64,000 nucleotides of DNA. Source: an uncultured Rikenellaceae bacterium. GTDB lineage: Bacteria; Bacteroidota; Bacteroidia; Bacteroidales; VadinHA17. The notes below the pieces were generated by a model. It saw only the letters and a program-made list of their open reading frames with translations. It was not told the DNA's origin and searched no databases. Position numbers and translations under genes: made by a program. Of this stretch, positions 19,213 through 28,450 are shown piece after piece. Location: positions 1,085 through 65,084 of the forward strand of contig CAZDOM010000003.1 of the NCBI GenBank assembly GCA_964507015.1, in the 5' to 3' direction. Numbering within the stretch: position 1 is the stretch's first letter; each line of letters starts with the position of its first letter.

Positions 19213-21236
19213 ATCTCGGTCACTCTTTTTGTTGATTCTTTTTTAAAGACAATAGCTGTCCTCGAAGGGAGATAAAGATAGAGATAAAAGGGGATATTAA
19301 TTATCTGCCTGTCTGCTTTCTTGATTGAAGCATACAGAGTAGTTCTGTCAATACGGTCAAAACCTCCGAACTCAGGATTATCCGAATCCAGTACTATCCT
19401 GAATTTACTTTTTACAGGTATCCCGTAATCAGTGAATGACCTGACAGGATTAAAATTATAAACAAACAGCAAATCTCCTCTGATATATGCGATAACCTTA
19501 TCATGATTGTTTTCATATATTCTCTCAATATAAGGTATATCAAGTATCCTGAAGTTATTATGAAGGCTTACCATTTCTTTGTCGAAATTGGCCAGGTAAT
19601 GATATTTAAGATCTTTGTTATCAACAAGATGCCATTGTCTCCTGGCGTATTTATAGCTCCAGTTGTTTCCCTCACGCGGGAAGTCTATCCATTCAGGATG
19701 ACCAAACTCATTTCCCATAAAATTAAGGTACCCTCCAGCTGATGTACTGAATGTAATAAGACGAATCATCTTATGTAAGGCAATGCCCCGGTCAATGGTA
19801 AAACTATGATACGATTTTGACATTCCGGTATACATTTCGGCATCTACCATCCTGAATATTAGTGTTTTATCACCTACCAGAGCCTGGTCATGCGATTCAC
19901 AGTATGATATTATTTTCTCTTCCGGACGGTGTTGGGTAAGCTCATGCATAAGTGTTCCCATATTCCATTCTTCATCAGGGGTATCCTTAACAAGTTTTAT
20001 CCAGAAATCGGGAACACCCATTGAGAGTCTATAGTCAAATCCATATCCCTTTTTGCCTGTACTCGCAGCAAGACCTGGCATTCCACTCATTTCCTCAGCT
20101 ACAGTAAGTGCACCCGGCCTGAATTCATGAATCATTTTGTTGGCCAGATAAAGGTAGACCAGTGCATCTGTATCCTGTCCGCTATCAAAGTATTCATCAT
20201 ATTTAGTAAAGTTCTTACCAAGTCCATGATCATAATATATCATACTGGTCACTCCGTCAAAACGAAATCCGTCAAAGTTATACTCTTCAAGCCAGTAACG
20301 GCAATTTGATAACAGGAAATGTATAACATTATCTTTACCATAATCAAAACAAAGAGAATCCCATGCAATATGGTTTCTTCTTTCATTGGCATGGAAATAC
20401 TGCCCGGGCGATCCGTCAAAAAGACCAAGACCTTCATTTGTGTTCTTCACAGAATGAGAATGAACAAGATCCATTATAACCCGCAATCCTGCTTTATGGG
20501 CAGTGTCAATGAGCTCTTTTAGTTCTTCAGGTGTTCCGAAACGCGATGACACAGCAAAAAAGCTGGAAACATGATATCCGAATGATCCGTAAAAAGGATG
20601 TTCCTGGATCGCCATCAGCTGGATAGTATTGTATCCTGCCCTGGCTATTATCGGTATGACATTTTCAGTAAATTCATGGTATGTGCCGGTTTTTTCCTCC
20701 TGGGTTGCCATGCCGACATGTGCTTCATAAATTACAGCAGTAGTAGCTTCATGATGATAGTTTTCAATCTCCCATTTATATGGTTCATCGGGACTCCAGA
20801 CCTGTGCAGAGAAAATCTTGGTAATATCATCCTGTACCACTCTTTTTGCGTATGAAGGGATCCTTTCACCCTTCCCGCCCTTCCAGTGGACCGATAGTTT
20901 AAAAAGATCCTGGTGATTAAGTCTGTTCAACGGAAGAGTGATTTCCCAGTCACCATGTTCGTTTATTCTTCCCATTCTGTAATCAGGCCTCTCTTCCCAT
21001 CCGTTGAAGGTGCCGATAATATAAATTTCCGTTGCATTGGGAGCCCATTCCCTGAAGATCCACTGATTTGAATCACGATGCAGTCCGTAATAAAAATGTC
21101 CCATTGCAAATTCTGAAAGAGAAGATTTTCCTATAAAATGCTTCTCTTTCTGAATGCATTGGCTGATACGTGCATCAATGATACCTGCAAACGGTTTCAA
21201 CCAGCTATCAACATCATAAAAACTATCTTTACTCAC
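19209..21236 (-). CDS. glgB: 1,4-alpha-glucan branching enzyme (GH13_8-like)
   Basis: FREWAPNA, IYEAHVGM, FGYHVSSFF, DGFRFDGVTSM, ESHDQALVGDK and NFMGNEFGHPEWIDFPR. Confidence 0.93.
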   Translation of the reverse strand: MSKDSFYDVDSWLKPFAGIIDARISQCIQKEKHFIGKSSLSEFAMGHFYYGLHRDSNQWIFREWAPNATEIYIIGTFNGWEERPDYRMGRINEHGDWEITLPLNRLNHQDLFKLSVHWKGGKGERIPSYAKRVVQDDITKIFSAQVWSPDEPYKWEIENYHHEATTAVIYEAHVGMATQEEKTGTYHEFTENVIPIIARAGYNTIQLMAIQEHPFYGSFGYHVSSFFAVSSRFGTPEELKELIDTAHKAGLRVIMDLVHSHSVKNTNEGLGLFDGSPGQYFHANERRNHIAWDSLCFDYGKDNVIHFLLSNCRYWLEEYNFDGFRFDGVTSMIYYDHGLGKNFTKYDEYFDSGQDTDALVYLYLANKMIHEFRPGALTVAEEMSGMPGLAASTGKKGYGFDYRLSMGVPDFWIKLVKDTPDEEWNMGTLMHELTQHRPEEKIISYCESHDQALVGDKTLIFRMVDAEMYTGMSKSYHSFTIDRGIALHKMIRLITFSTSAGGYLNFMGNEFGHPEWIDFPREGNNWSYKYARRQWHLVDNKDLKYHYLANFDKEMVSLHNNFRILDIPYIERIYENNHDKVIAYIRGDLLFVYNFNPVRSFTDYGIPVKSKFRIVLDSDNPEFGGFDRIDRTTLYASIKKADRQIINIPFYLYLYLPSRTAIVFKKESTKRVTEI

Positions 21237-21319
21237 AGATATAAAAATACAAAAACAAAATCATAATCTTATGTCATATCCCTGCGCTTTGTTAATTTTG
21301 CTGCACTAATTTTAATTTT

Positions 21320-22249
21320 ATGGTTATTCATGAGGGATATGAGAATCTTGCCTTCACAGATCCTGTTGTAACTCTTGGGATATTTGATGGTGTTCATTCT
21401 GGTCACAGGAAACTACTTGATCACCTTGTTTCATGTGCCGGGAAGACAAACAGCGAATCAATCGTTATAACATTCCATCCCCATCCACGACTGATTCTTG
21501 AAAAAGAGATCCAAAAGATCTTCTTTCTGACTACACTGGAAGAAAAAAAGACACTTATGGAAAAAGCTGGTGTTGATCACCTGATAATAATAAACTTTAC
21601 ACAACAGTTCAGCAGGATGAAGGCCTGTGATTTTATTGAAAAAATACTTGTAAAAAAGATAAGCACAAGATATCTTATTGTAGGTCATGATCATCATTTA
21701 GGCCACAGCGGTGAGGGTAACTATGATACTATAATGAGATGTGCCCGGTCATTTAATTTCAGGGTTGAGAAGGTAGAAGGTTTCAGAACAGGAAAAGAAA
21801 CTGTAAGCTCATCATTAATACGGGAAGCATTATTGATAGGGCAGCTGGATGCTGCAAATAAATGGCTGGGGTACTGTTATTCACTAAAAGGCAAGGTTAT
21901 AGAAGGGAAGAGACTGGGGAGAAAGTTAGGATTCCCCACTGCAAATATCAAACCTTGTGATGGTAATAAACTTATTCCTTCCGATGGAGTATATGCTGTG
22001 GAAATAATGATAGATACCGGTAAGCTTCCAGGGATGCTTAGCATAGGAAGGAATCCCACAGTTAATAAAGAGCCGGGGACAAGATCAATTGAGGTTAATA
22101 TCTTCAATTTTACTGACAACATATATGAAAGGGAAATTGAATTAATATTCAGATACAGGCTGAGGGATGAAATAAAGTTCGATAATACTGAACAACTTGC
22201 CAGGCAGATGGTAAAAGATAAAGAGAGGGCAATGCAATTGCTTAAGTAA
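21320..22249 (+). CDS. ribF: Bifunctional riboflavin kinase / FAD synthetase
   Basis: GIFDGVHSGH, SSSLIR, GRKLGFPTAN and EVNIFNF. Confidence 0.95.
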   Translation: MVIHEGYENLAFTDPVVTLGIFDGVHSGHRKLLDHLVSCAGKTNSESIVITFHPHPRLILEKEIQKIFFLTTLEEKKTLMEKAGVDHLIIINFTQQFSRMKACDFIEKILVKKISTRYLIVGHDHHLGHSGEGNYDTIMRCARSFNFRVEKVEGFRTGKETVSSSLIREALLIGQLDAANKWLGYCYSLKGKVIEGKRLGRKLGFPTANIKPCDGNKLIPSDGVYAVEIMIDTGKLPGMLSIGRNPTVNKEPGTRSIEVNIFNFTDNIYEREIELIFRYRLRDEIKFDNTEQLARQMVKDKERAMQLLK

Positions 22250-22296
22250 ACAAAGTTGGATTTTAATTACCTTTGCTTTTTTTTAAAATCATGATC

Positions 22297-23715
22297 ATGG
22301 AAATAGTTACGGAAAAAAATATTCGATATAAGGTAAGGGATATCTCGCTTGCTGAATCAGGGCGAAAGGAGATCGAAATAGCGGAGAAAGAGATGCCGGG
22401 ACTTCTGGCTATCAGGAAGAAGTACTCTTCAGAAAAACCATTGAAAGGGGCAAGGATTACAGGGTCACTGCACATGACAATTCAGACAGCTGTTCTGATA
22501 GAGACTCTGATTGAACTTGGAGCAGATGTCAGGTGGGCAAGCTGTAATATTTTTTCAACCCAGGACCATGCAGCTGCAGCAATTGCTGCAAAGGGTATTC
22601 CGGTTTTTGCATGGAAGGGAGAGACACTTGAAGAATATTGGTGGTGTACTGCCCAGGCGCTTTCTTTCCCGGGAGGTAAGGGTCCTAACCAGATAGTTGA
22701 TGACGGTGGAGATGCCTCGCTTTTGGTGCATCTTGGATATAAAGCAGAAAATAATCCTTCAATTCTCGATAAAAAACCTGCAAACAGGGAAGAAGCCATA
22801 ATTTTCTCCACACTTAAGAAAATACTTAAAAATGAGCCGGGTAAATGGCATAGTGCGGTAAGTGAGATGAAAGGAATATCAGAGGAGACAACGACAGGTG
22901 TTCACAGATTATATCAGATGCTTGAAAAAAATGAGCTGCTTGTACCTGCCGTTAATGTCAACGATTCAGTCACAAAATCAAAATTTGACAACCTTTATGG
23001 ATGTCGTGAATCACTTGCTGATGGCTTGAAAAGGGCAACAGATGTGATGATTGCAGGGAAAGTGGTTGTTGTTTGCGGATATGGAGATGTAGGGAAAGGA
23101 TCAGCAAAATCGATGCGTGCTTATGGTGCCAGGGTGATTATTACAGAAATTGACCCTATCTGTGCACTACAAGCTGCAATGGAAGGATTTGAAGTTAAAA
23201 CTGTTGAAGATGCTCTTGTTGAGGGAAATATTTTTGTAACAGCAACAGGCAATAAGGATGTTATCACTGTGGAGCATATGAAAAAAATGAAGGACCAATC
23301 GATTGTATGCAATATAGGTCACTTTGATAATGAAATACAGGTTGACAGTCTGAATGATTTAAAAGATGTGAAGAAAATACAAATTAAGCCGCAGGTGGAT
23401 AAATACATGTTCCCTGACGGACATGCAATATTTATTCTTGCCGAAGGCAGACTGGTAAACCTGGGATGTGCCACAGGACATCCTTCATTTGTGATGAGTA
23501 ACTCATTCAGTAACCAGACTCTTGCCCAGATTGATCTTTGGAAGAATGATTATAAAATAGGAGTTTACAGGCTTCCAAAACATCTGGATGAAGAGGTTGC
23601 CAGATTACACCTTGACCAGCTTGGAGTCAGACTTACAAAATTGACAAAGGAACAATCGGATTATATAGGAGTACCACAGACAGGTCCCTTTAAACCGGAA
23701 CATTACAGATATTAG
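22297..23715 (+). CDS. ahcY: Adenosylhomocysteinase
   Basis: [48 protein letters not shown] and GHPSFVMS. The start could instead be 22291. Confidence 0.97.
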   Translation: MEIVTEKNIRYKVRDISLAESGRKEIEIAEKEMPGLLAIRKKYSSEKPLKGARITGSLHMTIQTAVLIETLIELGADVRWASCNIFSTQDHAAAAIAAKGIPVFAWKGETLEEYWWCTAQALSFPGGKGPNQIVDDGGDASLLVHLGYKAENNPSILDKKPANREEAIIFSTLKKILKNEPGKWHSAVSEMKGISEETTTGVHRLYQMLEKNELLVPAVNVNDSVTKSKFDNLYGCRESLADGLKRATDVMIAGKVVVVCGYGDVGKGSAKSMRAYGARVIITEIDPICALQAAMEGFEVKTVEDALVEGNIFVTATGNKDVITVEHMKKMKDQSIVCNIGHFDNEIQVDSLNDLKDVKKIQIKPQVDKYMFPDGHAIFILAEGRLVNLGCATGHPSFVMSNSFSNQTLAQIDLWKNDYKIGVYRLPKHLDEEVARLHLDQLGVRLTKLTKEQSDYIGVPQTGPFKPEHYRY

Positions 23716-23721
23716 GTAAAA

Positions 23722-23752
23722 TGTACTCACCCCCTTGGGAGGATGAGTACGT
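23722..23752. terminator. Hairpin between convergent ahcY and Rieske-like gene
   Basis: GTACTCA (23723-23729) pairs with TGAGTAC (23744-23750) around a C-rich/G-rich inner stem. No clear U-tract. Confidence 0.45.
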
Positions 23753-23759
23753 GCATATT

Positions 23760-24239
23760 TTAATCATTCCAGACACTCAGGTATCTTCCGTCAAACCTTG
23801 TCTTATAATTCTTCAGGGGATATTGACCTGGCCCCGAAACAGGCGTTCCGAAAGCTGAAAGTGCATATACTGTACTGCAACGGGGACAAACAGCCTGGGT
23901 AAAATCCACGTTTACTTTGATACTTAACCCATTAACTGCATAATCATGAGGGCATGTGAGATCATATGCATTAAATTCATCGGGTAGTGACCTGTAAACG
24001 AGAATACCGTTATTGTCGAAACCGGCAGCTTTGTCGCCCCAGTTGTTGGTCTGGGAAGTGATAATTACATGATTACCTATTGCAGCAAGATCAGAAAAAA
24101 GAATATCTCCGGTAATATCCATGTAAAAATTCACATAAACATCAGGAATTACATCATTTTTATTCTTTTCACATGAGAGAGAGAAAAGGATAAATAAGGT
24201 AAAAAACAAAAAATATTTTATTTTTAAGACTTTAATCAT
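23760..24239 (-). CDS. Rieske-like lipoprotein with CxH...CxxC motif
   Basis: Lipobox SLSC; AYDLTCPH, AVCPRCSTVY and GPGQYPLKNY resemble a Rieske ferredoxin fold. Confidence 0.6.
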   Translation of the reverse strand: MIKVLKIKYFLFFTLFILFSLSCEKNKNDVIPDVYVNFYMDITGDILFSDLAAIGNHVIITSQTNNWGDKAAGFDNNGILVYRSLPDEFNAYDLTCPHDYAVNGLSIKVNVDFTQAVCPRCSTVYALSAFGTPVSGPGQYPLKNYKTRFDGRYLSVWND

Positions 24240-24322
24240 TCAGAGGTTATTGATAGTACAAAATTAATGTTACTGTATAAATAAAACGAAATTTTAATTA
24301 AGAATATTATAAATAAAACAAA

Positions 24323-24706
24323 ATGAACAGGTTATTCCTCATATTTACTTTATTGATACTTACATCGGGTCTGACATTTACCAAAACTTTACCTGAAAAT
24401 AAAACTAAAACAGAATCTGAGAGAAGCAGTGTATATTTTAGTCCCCAATCAAAAAAAGCGAAAAAAAAGATCAAAAAACCACAAAGTGCAAGAAGGGCTC
24501 AGAAGCTGCAGGCAAAGAAGGAAAAAGAGCAGAAACGTGATTCTAAAAAGTACGGTGAGGAGAACCGCAAAAGATCATTAGAAATTCAGACACCTGAAGT
24601 AAGAGAACGTATGAAACAAAATGTAAAGAATGCAAATTCCAATTATAAGGATAAAAGAAAAACAACTACTTCAAGAGCCAGAAGGGCCAGGAAAAAATAC
24701 AAATAA
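24323..24706 (+). CDS. Hypothetical highly basic protein with N-terminal signal/TM segment
   Basis: 127 aa ORF with a hydrophobic N-terminus and a Lys/Arg-rich helical body; fills the gap before greA. Confidence 0.65.
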   Translation: MNRLFLIFTLLILTSGLTFTKTLPENKTKTESERSSVYFSPQSKKAKKKIKKPQSARRAQKLQAKKEKEQKRDSKKYGEENRKRSLEIQTPEVRERMKQNVKNANSNYKDKRKTTTSRARRARKKYK

Positions 24707-24754
24707 TCAAAATACTTTCTTGTCATTCTGTAAACAACTAATTTTCAGCTTTTT

Positions 24755-24786
24755 TTTGTACTTTTTTAAATAATTTATTATATTTG
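24755..24786 (+). promoter_or_regulatory. Bacteroidota sigma-A promoter for greA
   Basis: TTTG (24755-24758), 20 nt spacer, TATATTTG (24779-24786). Confidence 0.7.
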
Positions 24787-24791
24787 TAGAT

Positions 24792-24828
24792 GAAGAGTTC
24801 CGGAATTCCCGGGATTCTTCCTTTTTTT
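24792..24828 (+). terminator. Intrinsic-terminator-like hairpin in the greA 5' leader
   Basis: GAAGAGTTCCGG pairs with CCGGGATTCTTC (12 bp including 2 G-U), followed by C and T7; ends 17 nt before the greA ATG. Confidence 0.6.
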
Positions 24829-24845
24829 AAAACAAGCAAGGGAAA

Positions 24846-25319
24846 ATGTCTGAGGTATTATATGTAACGGAAGAGGGTCTTGAAAAGCTTAAAGAAGAGC
24901 TTGACAATCTAAGGACTGTTGAGAGACCTCAAATTGCCCGTATGATAGCAGATGCAAGGGACAAAGGCGACCTTACCGAGAATGCAGAATATGCAGCTGC
25001 CAAAGAGGAACAGGCTATGCTTGAGATGAAAATCGCCAGGCTTGAGGATGTTATTGCCAGGTCAAGGATAATTGACGAATCTAAAATTGATACATCAACA
25101 GTCAGAATTCTTAATAAGGTGAAAATAAAAAACAAGAAGAATAACAGTGTGATGGAATATCAGATTGTTCCTGAAAGTGAAGCTAATTTCAAAGAGGGCA
25201 AAATTGCTGTCAGTTCACCAATAGCAAAAGGACTGATGGGTAAAAAAGTAGGAGAGACTGCCCAGATTACTGTGCCTGCAGGAACAATTCCTTTTGAAAT
25301 CATCTCTATATCAGTGTAA
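24846..25319 (+). CDS. greA: Transcription elongation factor GreA
   Basis: ARDKGDLTENAEY and ISVSSP-like AVSSPIAKGLMGKKVG. Confidence 0.96.
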   Translation: MSEVLYVTEEGLEKLKEELDNLRTVERPQIARMIADARDKGDLTENAEYAAAKEEQAMLEMKIARLEDVIARSRIIDESKIDTSTVRILNKVKIKNKKNNSVMEYQIVPESEANFKEGKIAVSSPIAKGLMGKKVGETAQITVPAGTIPFEIISISV

Positions 25320-25329
25320 TATTCAGCTA

Positions 25330-25731
25330 ATGGCAACAATCTTTACAAGAATCATTAACGGGGAGATCCCCTGTTATAAAATTGCTGAAGATGAAAATTA
25401 TTTTGCCTTTCTTGATATTAATCCTTTGAAGGCCGGGCATACTCTCGTGGTTCCTAAACAGGAAACTGATTATTTTTTTGATCTGGAAGATGATCTTCTG
25501 GCAGGATTGATAGTTTTTTCAAAAAAAGTGGCAAAAGCCATTGAATCGGTTATTCCATGTAACAGGATAGCTATGGCAGTTGTTGGCCTTGAGGTTCCTC
25601 ACGTCCATGTACACCTTATTCCGATGGATACAATGAATGATGTGAACTTTAAAAATCCAAAACTTAAATTCACTCCTGAAGAATATACTGAAATCGCTGA
25701 GAAAATCAGAAAGAGAATTTTGTTTGATTAA
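25330..25731 (+). CDS. HIT family nucleotide hydrolase
   Basis: MATIFTRII, AFLDINP, GHTLVVPK and the HVHVH triad. Start moved to 25330. Confidence 0.92.
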   Translation: MATIFTRIINGEIPCYKIAEDENYFAFLDINPLKAGHTLVVPKQETDYFFDLEDDLLAGLIVFSKKVAKAIESVIPCNRIAMAVVGLEVPHVHVHLIPMDTMNDVNFKNPKLKFTPEEYTEIAEKIRKRILFD

Positions 25732-25826
25732 TTATACATACTTACCCCCTTTCTTTTTCCCCCTTTTAACCTTCGCTTTATTCCCTGTAATTTCATATCT
25801 TTATACAGTATAATTCAGCTCGCTGC

Positions 25827-26528
25827 ATGAGTTATCTGTATGATCTTTGGGATGATTTTATTAGCCTTCTGTTTCCAAGACTATGTTATGCCTGTGGTAA
25901 TAATCTGCTTAGAAACGAAGAGCTGATCTGTACCGAGTGTTATGTTTTGATACCCAGAACTAATTATCACATTGAGAGAAACAATCCGGTGGAACAATTA
26001 TTCTGGGGAAGATGCAGGATTGAAAAGGCAGCAGCCTTCTCATTCTATAACCGGGGCAGTCGCATAACGGCACTTATACATAACCTTAAATATAAAGGTA
26101 TCAGGGATGTTGGTTACAGACTTGGAGAAATGTATGGCTCAGTACTTAAAAACTCAGGCTTCACTTCAGATATTGATATAATAATTCCTGTTCCTCTTCA
26201 TCCGGCAAAGCAGCGGATAAGAGGTTTCAACCAGAGCGAAATAATATCACAGGGTATTTCAGCATCTACTGATATCCCTGTTGATATTAATTCACTTTCC
26301 AGAAAGAATCTTTCTTCCACTCAGACAAAAAAGTCGCGGTACGATAGATGGACAAATGTAGAGGGGATCTTTTGTGTGAATGGAGTAAAAAATATAAGTA
26401 ACAAACATATTTTACTTGTGGATGATGTTATAACCACCGGATCCACTATTGAGTCATGTGTTACAGAACTTCTTAATGCAGATGGTGTTAAGGTAAGTGT
26501 TATAGCTCTTGCTGTGGCTCTTCTCTGA
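25827..26528 (+). CDS. comF: ComF family protein (double zinc ribbon + PRTase domain)
   Basis: CYAC...CTEC, VPLHP..QRIRGFNQS and LLVDDVITTGST. Confidence 0.9.
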   Translation: MSYLYDLWDDFISLLFPRLCYACGNNLLRNEELICTECYVLIPRTNYHIERNNPVEQLFWGRCRIEKAAAFSFYNRGSRITALIHNLKYKGIRDVGYRLGEMYGSVLKNSGFTSDIDIIIPVPLHPAKQRIRGFNQSEIISQGISASTDIPVDINSLSRKNLSSTQTKKSRYDRWTNVEGIFCVNGVKNISNKHILLVDDVITTGSTIESCVTELLNADGVKVSVIALAVALL

Positions 26529-26537
26529 AAGGAAGTG

Positions 26538-27101
26538 TCATTTGACTCTTCCGGGGTTTTTATTCATGAAATCTTTCCAGCCTGAATAGGTTTTCTCACC
26601 CTTTAGTGAACCTGACTGGAAAAAATGGCACAAAGCTGCTGCCAGACCATCAGTAGCATCAAGTTTCATTTCCTGGCCTTTAAATTTAAGGATGCTTGCC
26701 AGCATTGCTGCAACCTGTTCCTTGGATGCTGCTCCCTGTCCGGTAATCGACATTTTAATTTTTCTGGGGGCATATTCGTAAATTGGAAGTGAACGGGAAA
26801 GAGCCGCTGAAATAGCTGCTCCCTGGGCCCTGCCAAGTTTCAGCATTGATTGTACATTTTTCCCATAGAAAGGAGATTCAATTGCAAGTTCATCAGGATG
26901 ATATTCATCTATGATCCCAATTGTTCTTTCAAAGATATGTTTCAATTTGATATAATGATCACTTAGCTTTGACAGGTCAACAACACCAATAGCAATAACT
27001 TCGGGCTTATTCCCTGAGATCCTTATCACTCCATAACCGGTTATATTTGTTCCGGGATCAATTCCAAGGATTATTCTCTCTTGTCCTTTCACAATACCCA
27101 T
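26538..27101 (-). CDS. ruvC: Holliday junction resolvase RuvC
   Basis: ILGIDPG, AIESPF, KLGRAQG, EYAPRKIK and DATDGLA. Confidence 0.95.
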   Translation of the reverse strand: MGIVKGQERIILGIDPGTNITGYGVIRISGNKPEVIAIGVVDLSKLSDHYIKLKHIFERTIGIIDEYHPDELAIESPFYGKNVQSMLKLGRAQGAAISAALSRSLPIYEYAPRKIKMSITGQGAASKEQVAAMLASILKFKGQEMKLDATDGLAAALCHFFQSGSLKGEKTYSGWKDFMNKNPGRVK

Positions 27102-27115
27102 GGTAATAGCTGACT

Positions 27116-28411
27116 TTATTTCTTAATCACAAATGTGTTATTAACCTGGGATGGTTTTTCAGGGAAATTAACCGACCGGGTGAATTCTTTAATCCCTTTT
27201 GTCTGAAATGCACCAGTTTCAAGCCAGAGAATTGCTTGTTGGAGGCATTCTTCATTGCGGTCATCAAAATCATGGGTTATGTCGTCGGTACAAATTTTTG
27301 TCGGGGCAATACCGGCATAGTATTCTCCTTCGTCAGCAGAATTGACAATTTTAAAAGTGACGGGCCAGTATATATATTGCCCTGCACAAGGCCATCCGTT
27401 CATCCCCATAGGTTTACCAGTTGTTGTATCGCCAACACTTACAAGGTTAAGATGAGGTTTTAGTCCGTTCATAACAGCTTCACTGGCTGATGCTGTTAAC
27501 CGTGATGTTATAACAACAATTCGTGGAAGAGAAAGTGGGTATCCGGTATCCGCGAAAGGAAAGATAGAATTATAACCCTGGTTTTTATCGTTATAATTCA
27601 GTTCAGCAAATGTTACTCCTGTCTTTGAATTACCGGCGATATAACTGGCCAGCTGCTGGGCAATATAAAGGAATCCTCCTGAATTATACCTTAGGTCAAG
27701 AATTAGATCCTGAATATTGTTTTCCTTGAAAAAACTAAATGCTGTTTCCAGCTCACCTTCTGAAGGTTCAATGAATGATTCAAAGACGAGATGACCCGTA
27801 ATACCTGTTGAAAGGTCAAGAGTATCATAAAGAATAACGGAGTTAATAGTAAAGCTTTGTTTCGTTGAGGAGACAGTTACTTCAGCTCCATCTGGCCGTT
27901 CGAAAATAAAAAGGTTGGTAACTCCTGCTTCTGAGGGACCTATAGCTGCCAGGTAAGCTTCCGAATCATTTGATGCCAGAATAGATGCAATATCATATCC
28001 ATTTATCTTCTTTACAATCCAGCCTCGCCGAACCCCCTCTGAATATAATGGTGAATTTTTAAAGATCATTGCAATCCTGGCTTTACCGGTCTGGTCAAGT
28101 CCTATTCTGAAACCATGCCCTACAAATGTTCCCTCAATTTCTGCCATGAACTCATCATAATCAGCAACAAAGCTCCATCTGTCAATTTCTCTGTACCTCA
28201 TAGCCTCCAGAAGTTCATAAGGATTGGAGTAATTTTCCTTTGTTACGGAAGGCATAAGATCATACCAGTAATACCATTGTTTCATTATATAATAGAGGGT
28301 ATCCCTGGCCAGTGCAGGAACATTTTCAATAATGACAGGTTCAGGTTCCTCCTTTTTGCAGGAGGCTGATATCATCAGCAGTGTGAGAAGGGTATATAAC
28401 AGCTTCTTCAT
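27116..28411 (-). CDS. S41 (C-terminal processing) peptidase lipoprotein with PDZ domain
   Basis: Lipobox SASC followed by KKEE; LILDLRYNSGG, TASASE (catalytic Ser) and GDTTTGKPMG (catalytic Lys). Confidence 0.88.
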   Translation of the reverse strand: MKKLLYTLLTLLMISASCKKEEPEPVIIENVPALARDTLYYIMKQWYYWYDLMPSVTKENYSNPYELLEAMRYREIDRWSFVADYDEFMAEIEGTFVGHGFRIGLDQTGKARIAMIFKNSPLYSEGVRRGWIVKKINGYDIASILASNDSEAYLAAIGPSEAGVTNLFIFERPDGAEVTVSSTKQSFTINSVILYDTLDLSTGITGHLVFESFIEPSEGELETAFSFFKENNIQDLILDLRYNSGGFLYIAQQLASYIAGNSKTGVTFAELNYNDKNQGYNSIFPFADTGYPLSLPRIVVITSRLTASASEAVMNGLKPHLNLVSVGDTTTGKPMGMNGWPCAGQYIYWPVTFKIVNSADEGEYYAGIAPTKICTDDITHDFDDRNEECLQQAILWLETGAFQTKGIKEFTRSVNFPEKPSQVNNTFVIKK

Positions 28412-28450
28412 TATCGTTATAAGTACTTTAGCGGATTCAAAGGTAATAAT

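Noticed and set aside
22250-22296. SAH or SAM riboswitch upstream of ahcY
   Set aside because: The gap is under 50 nt, AT-rich and has no aptamer-like sequence.
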